Shown here in pieces: positions 17,883 through 26,813 of a DNA stretch of 64,000 nucleotides. Every line of letters begins with the position of its first letter. Within the stretch, counting starts at the first letter, position 1. The position numbers and the translations under genes are program-made. Under the pieces are notes generated by a model. It was given only the letters and a program-made list of their open reading frames with translations, was not told where the DNA came from and searched no databases. Source of the stretch: Actinomycetota bacterium (GTDB taxonomy: Bacteria > Actinomycetota > Actinomycetes > S36-B12). The DNA lies in NCBI GenBank assembly GCA_030645615.1, contig JAUSNB010000057.1, positions 12,384-76,383 on the forward strand. Reading direction: 5' to 3'.

Positions 17883-18742
17883 TCGCGCAGCCTCAGGGGC
17901 TGCCCGCCCACCTCCGCGATCTGGGCCGCACGGTCATCATGGGGGTGCTCAACGTCACGCCGGACTCCTTCTCGGACGGCGGGCGCTACCTGGATCCGCA
18001 GGCTGCCGTCGGCCACGGCATCGCCCTTCACCACGGCGGGGCCGACCTCGTCGACGTGGGCGGGGAGTCGACCCGGCCCGGCGCCCGGCGGGTCTCCACC
18101 GACGAGGAGGCCGCGCGCGTACTGCCCGTCATCAAGGGCCTCGTTGCGGCCGGCGTGCCCGTGAGCATCGACACCATGCACGCCGACACGGCGACCATGG
18201 CGGTCGCTGCGGGGGCGTGCGTCGTCAATGACGTGTCCGGCGGCCTGGCCGACCCGGGCATGTACGCAGCCGTCGCTGCGATGGGCGTTCCGTACATCGT
18301 CATGCACTGGCGCGGGCACAGCGATCACATGGCGGACTTGGCTCGCTACGACGATGTCGTCATCGACGTAATCGCCGAGCTCGGCCAGCGGGTGGACGAT
18401 GCGCGCGCCGCCGGGATCTCCGGGGGCAGCATCGTCATCGACCCGGGCCTGGGCTTCGCCAAGGAGGCCCAGCACAACTGGGACCTGTTGCGCAGGCTGC
18501 CGGAACTCCTCGACCTCGGCTTTCCCGTGCTCCTCGGCGCGTCGCGAAAGCGGTTCCTCGGCGCCCTGCTCGCTGGCCCCGATGGCGAGCCTCGGCCCGC
18601 TGCGGAACGTGATGCGGCGACCGACGCCATCACGGCGATCGCAGCCGTCATGGGGGTCTGGGCCGTGCGCGTCCACGACGTGCGAGGCAGCAAGGACGCG
18701 GTCCGGGTAGGGGCCGCCTGGACGAGGAGGCCCGGTGCCTGA
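17879..18742 (+). CDS. folP: Dihydropteroate synthase
   Basis: Motifs [25 protein letters not shown] and [12 protein letters not shown] 17879 overlaps the folE stop. Confidence 0.93.
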   Translation: MIAQPQGLPAHLRDLGRTVIMGVLNVTPDSFSDGGRYLDPQAAVGHGIALHHGGADLVDVGGESTRPGARRVSTDEEAARVLPVIKGLVAAGVPVSIDTMHADTATMAVAAGACVVNDVSGGLADPGMYAAVAAMGVPYIVMHWRGHSDHMADLARYDDVVIDVIAELGQRVDDARAAGISGGSIVIDPGLGFAKEAQHNWDLLRRLPELLDLGFPVLLGASRKRFLGALLAGPDGEPRPAAERDAATDAITAIAAVMGVWAVRVHDVRGSKDAVRVGAAWTRRPGA

Positions 18743-19100
18743 CCAGATCGCGATCCGCGGGATCCGGGGTACCGGGCGGCACGGGGTATTCGAGCATGAG
18801 CGCGCCGATGGCCAGGAGTTCGTGATCGATGTCGTCCTCGACGTGAGCACGGCTGCGGCGGGCGCGTCGGACGCACTGGTCGATACCGTCGACTACGGGG
18901 AAGTCGCGGTGGCCGTGCACGCACTGATCGTGGGAGAGCCGGTCGATCTCATCGAGGCACTTGCCGAGCGGGTGGCCGGGGCCTGCCTGGGATTCCCCGG
19001 GGTTCTTCAGGCCGAGGTCACGGTGCACAAGCCGCATGCGCCCGTTCCCGTGCCCTTCGACGACGTGACGGTGCGGATCGTGAGGTCCGCCGATGCCTAG
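18735..19100 (+). CDS. folB: Dihydroneopterin aldolase
   Basis: 121 aa with IRGIRGTGRHGVFEHERADGQEF...VDYG, positioned between folP and folK. Confidence 0.9.
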   Translation: MPDQIAIRGIRGTGRHGVFEHERADGQEFVIDVVLDVSTAAAGASDALVDTVDYGEVAVAVHALIVGEPVDLIEALAERVAGACLGFPGVLQAEVTVHKPHAPVPVPFDDVTVRIVRSADA

Positions 19101-19599
19101 CGTGGCGCTCGCGCTCGGATCGAATGTCGGCGACCGGCTGGCGACGCTGCAGGGTGCCCTGGACGACCTGGCCACGGTGCCCGGCCTGGACCTCGGCCTG
19201 GTCTCGTCGGTCTACCAGACCGCCCCGGTCGGCGGGCCCGAGCAGGACGACTTCCTCAACGCCGTGGTGGTGGGGAGCACCACCCTCGAGCCCTTGGCCC
19301 TGCTGGCGGCCACGCAGGGGGTCGAGGATCGCTGGCACCGCACGCGCGACGTGCGCTGGGGGCCACGCACCCTCGACATCGACATCCTCGCCATCGGCGC
19401 TGACCACGTCGACCTGCCTGGCCTCGTGGTGCCGCACCCGCGAGCGCACGAGCGGGCCTTCGTGCTTGTCCCGTGGGCGGAGGTCGCCCCGCAGCAGGAA
19501 GTCGTCGGGCACGGCTTGGTCGCCGCCCTCGCGGCCGCCGTCGGCAGCGACGGGGTGCAGCCCACCACGCATCGCCTGACGGTCCGAGGGGAGGGCTGA
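19093..19599 (+). CDS. folK: 2-amino-4-hydroxy-6-hydroxymethyldihydropteridine diphosphokinase
   Basis: Motifs ALGSNVGDR, RWGPRTLDIDIL and PHPRAHERAFVLVPW. Confidence 0.9.
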   Translation: MPSVALALGSNVGDRLATLQGALDDLATVPGLDLGLVSSVYQTAPVGGPEQDDFLNAVVVGSTTLEPLALLAATQGVEDRWHRTRDVRWGPRTLDIDILAIGADHVDLPGLVVPHPRAHERAFVLVPWAEVAPQQEVVGHGLVAALAAAVGSDGVQPTTHRLTVRGEG

Positions 19600-19602
19600 G
19601 CG

Positions 19603-20064
19603 ATGCAGCCAACGCGGGTTCGCACGCTGGTGGCCCTTGCTGTCGTGCTGGGTGCCGTCGGCTGGGGCGTGGTTCAGGTCGTCAACTCCTGGACGGGCCG
19701 GCTGCTGCCGGTGCCGTGGCTCGCCGCTGCCGCCATGTGGCTGCTCGCCGGAGCGACCGCCTACTGGGCATTCAGCGCGCGCCCCCGCCTGCAGGGTCGG
19801 CCGGGCGTGCGCCCGATGCCTCCGGTCGTGGCGGCGCGCAGTGCCGCGTTGGCCATGGCCGCCTCCCGTGGCGGGGCGATCGTCCTGGGCTTCTACGCCG
19901 GAGTGGCGATCGCCATGGTCGGGTCGATCGGAACCCCGTCCGGATTCACGGCCTTCTGGTCGGCCGCGCTCGCGGCCGTCGGGGCACTGGGCCTCGTCGT
20001 CGCGGCCCTGTGGCTGGAGTACCTGTGCCGATTGCCGGTCGGGCCGGACGATCCGCCCCGCTGA
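19603..20064 (+). CDS. DUF3180-type four-helix membrane protein
   Basis: 153 aa with four hydrophobic segments, at the conserved position right after folK in actinobacteria. Confidence 0.75.
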   Translation: MQPTRVRTLVALAVVLGAVGWGVVQVVNSWTGRLLPVPWLAAAAMWLLAGATAYWAFSARPRLQGRPGVRPMPPVVAARSAALAMAASRGGAIVLGFYAGVAIAMVGSIGTPSGFTAFWSAALAAVGALGLVVAALWLEYLCRLPVGPDDPPR

Positions 20065-20087
20065 CCGGCCGGGATAGGGTCGGCGCC

Positions 20088-20378
20088 ATGAGCGACGTCG
20101 CCCTCGAAGACCTGCCCTTCGACGATCTGCGCCAGCGCGCCTTCAAGGTTGCCGAGCGGCACATGGACGTCGGCTTCTTCACCGACCTCTTCTCGCACAT
20201 GCCGGGAATGTCGGCGATCGAAGGCGAGGGCGGCGACCTCGGCGCCGTCGGCGGGACGTTCATCGAGACGGTCCGGGCGGTGCGCGAGATGTTCGGCGGC
20301 GAGAACCTCGACGAGACGACCGAGGTGCTGCTGCGGGCCCGCTTCGTCACGTATTTGCGCGAGCACGGCGAGGAGTGA
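20088..20378 (+). CDS. Hypothetical acidic 96-aa protein
   Basis: An in-frame ATG 20088 inside ORF 19473..20378. The part from MSDVALEDLPFDD... has normal composition, unlike the R/G-rich upstream extension. No family recognised. Confidence 0.5.
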   Translation: MSDVALEDLPFDDLRQRAFKVAERHMDVGFFTDLFSHMPGMSAIEGEGGDLGAVGGTFIETVRAVREMFGGENLDETTEVLLRARFVTYLREHGEE

Positions 20379-20405
20379 GCGCAGCGAGCCCCAACACCGT
20401 TGAAC

Positions 20406-20453
20406 GGCCAGTCCTGGGGCCGATTCCACGAGGAATCGCCCCCACGACTGGCC
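20406..20453. terminator. Long imperfect hairpin between convergent genes
   Basis: GGCCAGTC-C-TGGGG-C-CGATTCC / loop ACGA / GGAATCG-C-CCCCA-C-GACTGGCC. This gives 20 bp paired with two C.C mismatches. Confidence 0.55.
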
Positions 20454-20467
20454 ACTCGGCATAGGGG

Positions 20468-21619
20468 CTAGCGGTCGATGTCGCCCACGACGAAGGTGAA
20501 CGACATGAGCGCGTCGGCCAGCCGGTCATACGGGACCCCGACCAGCGCCGGCACCATCGCCTGGGCATTGCCGAACGAGGCGGACCGCACCTTCAACCGC
20601 CACGGGGTCCGCTCCCCGGTGCTGACCAGCAGGCACCCCGTGATGCCGAGCGGACCTTCGACCCACGCATAGCCGGTCCCCTCCGGGACCCGGACCGACT
20701 TTGGCAGCAGCACGTCGACCGGTCCGTCTCCGAGGGCGTGCAGCCTGTCGGCGCAGGCACCCATGAGGGCGAGGCTCACCGGAATCTGCGCGGCGAGGAC
20801 GCGATACCGGGCCGCAGCATCCCCGGCCCGCTCGACCGGGACGACCAGCAGGTCGCCCAGTTCCGAGTAGGCCGCGTAGGGGTCGTCCCGGCGCAGGTCC
20901 CAGTCCAGGCCACTGGCTCGGGCGACCGACCCGCTGGCGCCGAGGTCGACTGCCTGCTCGCGGGTGAGCACGGCCAGGCCGGCGAGCCGTTCGGACAGGG
21001 CCTCCGCCACCTCGACCGCGCCCGCCGCAGCGGCGGCGAGCCCGGCCGAGACCCCGGTTGCGTGGCTGATGTCGGCACGGACCCAGGGCGCGGCCACCCC
21101 GCCGATGCGGGTGAACATCGGGTGCACGCGGGCACCGGTCAATCTTTCCTGTAGGGCGAGCAGTCGCTCCCGCCCGTCCTGCAGCAGGCGGCGCTGCCCG
21201 GGCTGCGGCGCAGCCGCCGCAAGGAATGCAAACGCGGCGGCGACCCGATTGGCCTCGGCCAGGAAGGTGCGCATCCAGGTGGCCCGCTCGGGCGGGGTGA
21301 TTCCCGTCGCGGCCTCGACGGCGAGGGCGATGACGAGCTCGGAGGAGAACGGCGACAGCCAGTCGTGCCGGTTGGCCAGCATCATCAACTGGCGGTAGTC
21401 GCGCGCCTCGAACAGCTTCTCCGAGCCGCGATGCATGAGCCCGACGCGCAGGTCGGCCGAGGCAACGCGACCTTCGCTCACGTCGACGGCGAGCTGGAAG
21501 CCCGGCTGGGCCGACGGATGCCCTTCCGCCAGGTCCAAGACGGCGTCGCACTCCAGGTAGCCGGCCACGCCCACGCCCAGGAGGAGCGATTGCGTCAGGG
21601 GAGCCACTGAACGAGCCAC
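20468..21619 (-). CDS. Stand-alone NuoD / NDUFS2 (49-kDa subunit)-like protein (start uncertain)
   Basis: Motifs RVGLMHRGSEKLFE, ...ANRHDWLSPF..., ITPPERATWMRTFLAEANR, RVHPMFTRIGGV, and a C-terminal ...FVVGDIDR like the NuoD MGDVDR end. No other nuo genes are nearby. Confidence 0.8.
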   Translation of the reverse strand: MARSVAPLTQSLLLGVGVAGYLECDAVLDLAEGHPSAQPGFQLAVDVSEGRVASADLRVGLMHRGSEKLFEARDYRQLMMLANRHDWLSPFSSELVIALAVEAATGITPPERATWMRTFLAEANRVAAAFAFLAAAAPQPGQRRLLQDGRERLLALQERLTGARVHPMFTRIGGVAAPWVRADISHATGVSAGLAAAAAGAVEVAEALSERLAGLAVLTREQAVDLGASGSVARASGLDWDLRRDDPYAAYSELGDLLVVPVERAGDAAARYRVLAAQIPVSLALMGACADRLHALGDGPVDVLLPKSVRVPEGTGYAWVEGPLGITGCLLVSTGERTPWRLKVRSASFGNAQAMVPALVGVPYDRLADALMSFTFVVGDIDR

Positions 21620-22497
21620 CAGAAGTCGTCGGGAGCCGGGGTCGGCTCAAGGCTAGTGGCCGTGGCTTCGACGGCCGCTGCGCACGCATCGAGGGCGACG
21701 TGGGCGGTGAGGTTGACCGACCCATCCAGGCGAGGACGGGTGACCCTGCCCCGGTGGTAGCCCACGAGGCTGCCGCCGTCCCATCGACCCGACGTCCGCG
21801 CGCGGCGATCGTGCGCATAGTCGATCGCGATCGCCAGGCCCGGCCGGACCAGCCGGCACATCGCCCACCAGGCGAGGTCCCGCAGCAGGCCGGCCTCGAT
21901 TCGGGCCGCGGGCTCACGTCGTGGCCACCAGCACTCGCACCACGCCGCGAGCGCGGGCCCGTCGACTCCAGCCTCCGCGCACGCCGCAGCGTCCGTGAGC
22001 AGGGGCCCGAGCCGCTCCTGCCCGTCGTCGTCTACGAGCAGCAGCCGCAAGCGACCCGCCTCGTCCGGCTCGACGATGTCGCAGGGGATGTCGTCGAGGA
22101 ACTCGTGCGCGATCACCAGCCCCGGAGCGGGTGCCAGGCCTGAGGCCGAGGCCATGGCCTCGCCGCGGATCCACTGGACCTGGGCATCCAGCCCGGTCGG
22201 CCTTTCAGCGAGGTCCAGGGCACGCCAGACGGTCCGTTCGGCAAGGTCCTTCGGCCACATCGCGATGAGTTGCTCGAGCAGGAGCCCGTCCGCCGCACCA
22301 GCATCGGTGACGGTGACGCACCCGTGCTCGTCCGCGAGGGGCCCGAGCACGGGGAGCGCGACGTCGGCGATGGACTGCGCGACCGCCGGGCCCTGCGTGA
22401 CCGCGGTGGCGAAGTGCTGCCTCGCCGGCTCGCGGGAGTAGAAGCCGTCGATCGCCGCCCGCCATGCGACGGACCAGGGTCGCGCGTGATCCGCCAC
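21595..22497 (-). CDS. SAM-dependent methyltransferase, MidA / NDUFAF7 (DUF185)-like
   Basis: 300 aa with the glycine-rich SAM pocket VTVTDAGAADGLLLEQL, then AHEFLDDIP and DYAH...G.L..Y elements typical of the family as I recall it. It sits directly upstream of, and overlaps, the NuoD-like gene. Confidence 0.65.
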   Translation of the reverse strand: MADHARPWSVAWRAAIDGFYSREPARQHFATAVTQGPAVAQSIADVALPVLGPLADEHGCVTVTDAGAADGLLLEQLIAMWPKDLAERTVWRALDLAERPTGLDAQVQWIRGEAMASASGLAPAPGLVIAHEFLDDIPCDIVEPDEAGRLRLLLVDDDGQERLGPLLTDAAACAEAGVDGPALAAWCECWWPRREPAARIEAGLLRDLAWWAMCRLVRPGLAIAIDYAHDRRARTSGRWDGGSLVGYHRGRVTRPRLDGSVNLTAHVALDACAAAVEATATSLEPTPAPDDFWWLVQWLP

Positions 22498-22532
22498 GGG
22501 CGATCACGCTAGTGCGGTCTAGGCTCCGTCGC

Positions 22533-23432
22533 GTGAGCACGTCGGGTCCACCGAGGCTACGGGTGGGCATCGTCGGCGCCGGACGCGTCGGGGCGGTGCT
22601 CGGCGCCGCTCTGGCCAGGGCCGGACATGACATCGTCGGCGTCACCGCCGTTTCGGACCTGTCGCGCCTGCGCGCCGAGGCCTTGCTGCCGGGCGTCCCG
22701 GTCCTGCCGGTCCCCGAGGCCCTCGCGGACGCGGACCTCGTCCTGCTCGCCGTCCCCGACGACGTACTGCCAGGCCTTGTCGCCGGCCTTGTAGATGCGG
22801 GCGTGATCCACGCCGGTCAGTTCGTCGCGCACCCATCCGGCCGTTACGGGGTAGGCGTCCTTGCGCCGGCTCGGTCCGTGGGGGCGGTGCCCCTTGCCCT
22901 CCACCCGGTCATGACCTTCACCGGGACGAGCGTCGATCTGGCCAGGCTGGCGGACTGCCCGTTCGGCGTGACGGCGGACGATGCGGTGCGTCCCGTGGCC
23001 GAGGCCTTGGTCGTCGAGATGGGCGGCGATCCCGTGTGGGTCCCGGAGGAGTCGCGGGTCCTGTACCACGCTGCCATCGCGTTCGGCGCGAACTTCCTCA
23101 TGACAGTCGTCCTGCAGTCCGTCGACCTGCTGCGCGAGGCCGGGATGCCCGAGCCGGAGCGGCTGATGGCCCCGTTGCTGAGCGCATCGCTCGACAACGC
23201 CCTCCGGCACGGGGACGCCTCGCTCACCGGGCCCGTGGCGCGTGGTGATGCCGGCACGGTGGCCGGTCACCTCGACTGCCTTGACGAAGCCGCCCCCGCG
23301 GCTGCCGCTGCCTATCGGGCCCTCGCCCGGCTCACCGCCGATCGGGCGATGCACGCTGGGCTCATCGACCTGACCGCGGCGAGTGCCTTGCTCGAGGTGC
23401 TCGCCGCTCCGGCGGACGGACGCCACCCGTGA
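22533..23432 (+). CDS. Rossmann-fold / DUF2520 protein (ketopantoate-reductase-like, conserved upstream of panC)
   Basis: VGIVGAGRVGAVLG dinucleotide fold. GTG 22533 avoids overlap with the divergent methyltransferase gene. GTGA overlap with panC. Confidence 0.75.
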   Translation: MSTSGPPRLRVGIVGAGRVGAVLGAALARAGHDIVGVTAVSDLSRLRAEALLPGVPVLPVPEALADADLVLLAVPDDVLPGLVAGLVDAGVIHAGQFVAHPSGRYGVGVLAPARSVGAVPLALHPVMTFTGTSVDLARLADCPFGVTADDAVRPVAEALVVEMGGDPVWVPEESRVLYHAAIAFGANFLMTVVLQSVDLLREAGMPEPERLMAPLLSASLDNALRHGDASLTGPVARGDAGTVAGHLDCLDEAAPAAAAAYRALARLTADRAMHAGLIDLTAASALLEVLAAPADGRHP

Positions 23433-24277
23433 TGGTCGTCACCGCTGCCGCGGAGTTGCCTGCCCCCGGCCCGCGGAGCGGCCCAAGGGCGGTCGTCATG
23501 ACCATGGGAGCGCTGCACGAGGGTCACGTCGAGCTGCTCCACGTCGCGCGGCGCGAGGCTGGTGACGACGGCCTGGTGATCGCCACGATCTTCGTCAACC
23601 CGACGCAGTTCGGGGCAGGAGAGGACTTCGGGCGCTACCCGCGCGCCCTCGAAGCCGACCTCGCCGCATGCGAGGCCGCGGGCGTCGACGTCGTGCTGGC
23701 GCCCGACGTTCGCGAGCTGTACGGGGACACTGGTGGGTTTCGCGCCGACTCGATCACGATCGATCCCGGGCCGCTCGGCGACGTGCTGGAGGGCACGGCG
23801 CGGCCGGGGCACTTCCGCGGGATGCTGACCGTGGTCCACAAGCTCATGTGGCTGACCCAGCCGGAGATCGCGCTCTACGGCGAGAAGGACTACCAGCAAC
23901 TGGTGCTGATCCGGCGCATGGTCGCCGACCTGAGCATGCGGGTGCGGGTCGTGGGCGTCTCGACGGTACGCGAGCCGGACGGGCTGGCCATGAGCAGCCG
24001 CAACCGCTACCTGAGCGACGGCGGCAGGCGGGCGGCGCTGGCTGTTCCTCGGGCACTGGACGCAGTCGTGGCAGCACTCCCGGGAGGGGTGGAGGCGGCG
24101 ATCGCCGCGGGTAGGGCCGTCGTCGACGCGGAGCCGGCGGTGGCGCTGGACTATCTGGTGGTCACGGATGCCGCGCTGCGGCCGGCCCCCGCCGGGGGCC
24201 CCGCACGCGCCCTCATTGCAGCGGTCGTGGACGGCACCCGCCTCGTCGACAACCAGCCCTGCGTGGTCGGCCCGTGA
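23429..24277 (+). CDS. panC: Pantoate--beta-alanine ligase
   Basis: Motifs MGALHEGHVEL, IFVNPTQF, YGEKDYQQ and GLAMSSRN. Confidence 0.93.
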   Translation: MMVVTAAAELPAPGPRSGPRAVVMTMGALHEGHVELLHVARREAGDDGLVIATIFVNPTQFGAGEDFGRYPRALEADLAACEAAGVDVVLAPDVRELYGDTGGFRADSITIDPGPLGDVLEGTARPGHFRGMLTVVHKLMWLTQPEIALYGEKDYQQLVLIRRMVADLSMRVRVVGVSTVREPDGLAMSSRNRYLSDGGRRAALAVPRALDAVVAALPGGVEAAIAAGRAVVDAEPAVALDYLVVTDAALRPAPAGGPARALIAAVVDGTRLVDNQPCVVGP

Positions 24278-25917
24278 GTGGGCTGGCCCGCCGGCTGCGC
24301 GCGGCGGAACCGGGCTGGACGGCCCGTGCCGACGTCATCGTCGTCGGCTCTGGCGTAGCCGGGCTGAGTGCTGCGCTCCGGGCCCGCGCCATCGGCCGCA
24401 CCGTCCTGCTGGTGACCAAGGCCCAGGTGAACGAGGGTTCCACCTGGTGGGCCCAGGGCGGCATCGCAGCGGCCCTGGCCGAGGACGATTCACCCGAGGA
24501 CCACCTGCGTGACACGCTCGTGGCGGGCGTCGGGCTCTGCGATGTTGATGCCGTTCGCGTGCTCGTCACGGAGGGACCTGCGGCGGTACGGGACCTCATG
24601 ACCACGGGAGCGCGGTTCGACCGGGATGCCTCTGGTGCGATCGCGCTGACCCGCGAGGGCGGCCACCACCGCGACCGCATCGCCCATGCCGGCGGCGACG
24701 CCACGGGCGCCGAGGTCTCGCGTGCCCTGGTCGCGGCGGTCCGCGACGACCCCGGCATCGAGGTGGTCGAGAACGCCCTGGCCATCGACCTGTTGCGCGA
24801 CGACACCGGGGCGGCGCAGGGCATCACCCTGCACGTCATGGGCTCTGGCCAGCGCGACGGCGTGGGAGCGGCGCTTGCCCCGATCGTCATCCTGGCCACC
24901 GGGGGGTTCGGCCAGGTGTTCGGGCAGACGACGAATCCCTATGTCTCGACGGGCGACGGCGTCGCGCTCGCGCTGCGGGCTGGCGCCGACATAGCCGATC
25001 TGGAGTTCGTGCAGTTCCACCCGACGGTGATGTGGCTCGGGCCGCTCGCCCAGGGACAGCAGCCACTCGTGTCCGAGGCCGTGCGTGGCGAGGGAGCCGT
25101 GCTGCTCGACGCCTCCGGCTGCGCGTTCATGCGCGACGAGCACCCGCTGGCAGATCTTGCCCCCCGCGACGTGGTGGCCAAGGCGATCATGCGGCGGATG
25201 CGTGCCGAGGGGTCGGCGCACGTGTGGCTGGACGGTCGGCGGCTGGGTGCGGACATGTGGCTGCAACGCTTTCCCACCATCCTGGAGTCCTGCCGGTCCC
25301 GGGGGATCGACCCGGTCACCGACCTGATCCCCGTGGCCCCTGCCCAGCACTTCGTGTCGGGCGGCATCCGCACCGACCTGTGGGGCCGCGCCTCCATCCC
25401 CGGGCTGTATGCCTGTGGCGAGGTCGCCTGCACGGGGGTCCACGGCGCGAACCGGCTCGCCTCGAACTCCCTGCTCGAGGGCCTGGTCTTCGCGCGCCGC
25501 ATCATCGCGGCTGTCAAGGAAGACCCGGTCGAGGCCTGCGAGCCCGTCGCCCCGGCCGGCCCCGCCGACTTGCTCCCCCATGTGGTGCGCCGTCCCATGC
25601 AGCAGGTGATGGACGCGCATGCGGGCGTGCTGCGCAGTGCCGTATCCCTCACGCGCGGGCAGGTCGACCTCGCCGCCCTCGCCGATGCCGAGGGTGCCGC
25701 CCCCTCGACGGAGGACTGGGAGAGCACGAACCTGCACCAGATAGCCACGGTGCTGGTACGGCAGGCCCTGGCCCGCGAGGAGACGCGCGGCTCGCACTGG
25801 CGCGAGGACTTCCCCGATCGTGACGACGAGCGCTGGCGGTGCCGGCTCGTCACTAGAGTCGCGGACGACGGTGAACTCGTCACCCGCAAGGAACCGGTCT
25901 TCGGGGAGGATTCATGA
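24274..25917 (+). CDS. nadB: L-aspartate oxidase
   Basis: FAD fold VIVVGSGVAGLSAA, with HAGGDATG, the QFHPT motif (EFVQFHPTV), GGI and NRLASNSLLEG motifs. Confidence 0.93.
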   Translation: MSGLARRLRAAEPGWTARADVIVVGSGVAGLSAALRARAIGRTVLLVTKAQVNEGSTWWAQGGIAAALAEDDSPEDHLRDTLVAGVGLCDVDAVRVLVTEGPAAVRDLMTTGARFDRDASGAIALTREGGHHRDRIAHAGGDATGAEVSRALVAAVRDDPGIEVVENALAIDLLRDDTGAAQGITLHVMGSGQRDGVGAALAPIVILATGGFGQVFGQTTNPYVSTGDGVALALRAGADIADLEFVQFHPTVMWLGPLAQGQQPLVSEAVRGEGAVLLDASGCAFMRDEHPLADLAPRDVVAKAIMRRMRAEGSAHVWLDGRRLGADMWLQRFPTILESCRSRGIDPVTDLIPVAPAQHFVSGGIRTDLWGRASIPGLYACGEVACTGVHGANRLASNSLLEGLVFARRIIAAVKEDPVEACEPVAPAGPADLLPHVVRRPMQQVMDAHAGVLRSAVSLTRGQVDLAALADAEGAAPSTEDWESTNLHQIATVLVRQALAREETRGSHWREDFPDRDDERWRCRLVTRVADDGELVTRKEPVFGEDS

Positions 25918-26813
25918 GCAGCGGCCCGCGCGTCGATGCTGCCATCCGCGCCCAGTTGGTCGAGGCCGGCCTGGATCCCGTCGCCATCGAGCGACTTGTC
26001 GCCGTGGCGTTGGACGAGGACCTCGACGGAGGAGTCGACGTCACCACGGTCGCCACCGTGCCGGTTGAGCAGCGCGCCACGCTCGACCTTGTCGCGCGGG
26101 CGCCCGGCGTCGTGGCCGGGATTCCTGTTGCGGCAGCGGTCTTCTCGCACGTCGGCGGGCAGTCCGTGCGAATCATTCAGGCCCGGCCCGATGGGTCCGC
26201 CGTCGATGCCGGGGACGTCCTGCTCTCCGCGACCGGGCCAACCCACGTGCTGCTTCAAGCGGAGCGGCCGGCCCTCAACCTCCTGTGCCACCTCAGCGGC
26301 ATCGCGACGGCCACCGCGCGGTGGGTGGACGCCGTGTCCGGCACGAGCGCGCGCGTGCGTGACACGCGCAAGACGACGCCAGGGATGCGCCGGCTGGAGA
26401 AGTACGCCGTGCGATGCGGGGGAGGGGTCAACCACCGGATGTCCCTGTCGGACGCGGCCTTGGTGAAGGACAATCACGTGGTCGCTGCCGGTGGCGTGGC
26501 GGCCGCATTCGATGCCGTGCGGCAGCGGTTCCCGGGCATCGACGTCGAGGTGGAGGTCGACTCGCTCGATCAACTCGACGACGTGCTCGCGGCCGGAGCG
26601 GACCTCGTCCTGCTCGACAACTTCACGGTCGACGACATGCGCGTCGCGGTGCACCGCACTGCCGGCCGGGCGAGGCTGGAGGCCTCAGGCGGCCTGTCCT
26701 TGGATGTGGCGGCCGAGGTCGCCGGCACCGGGGTCGACTACCTTGCCGTGGGGGCGCTCACCCACTCGGCGCCGGTGCTCGACATCGGCGCGGACCTGCG
26801 TCAGGAGGACTAG
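25914..26813 (+). CDS. nadC: Nicotinate-nucleotide diphosphorylase (carboxylating)
   Basis: Motifs ERPALNLL, DTRKTTPG.R.LEKYAV.CGGG.NHR and MLDN-like LLDNF. Confidence 0.92.
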   Translation: MSSGPRVDAAIRAQLVEAGLDPVAIERLVAVALDEDLDGGVDVTTVATVPVEQRATLDLVARAPGVVAGIPVAAAVFSHVGGQSVRIIQARPDGSAVDAGDVLLSATGPTHVLLQAERPALNLLCHLSGIATATARWVDAVSGTSARVRDTRKTTPGMRRLEKYAVRCGGGVNHRMSLSDAALVKDNHVVAAGGVAAAFDAVRQRFPGIDVEVEVDSLDQLDDVLAAGADLVLLDNFTVDDMRVAVHRTAGRARLEASGGLSLDVAAEVAGTGVDYLAVGALTHSAPVLDIGADLRQED

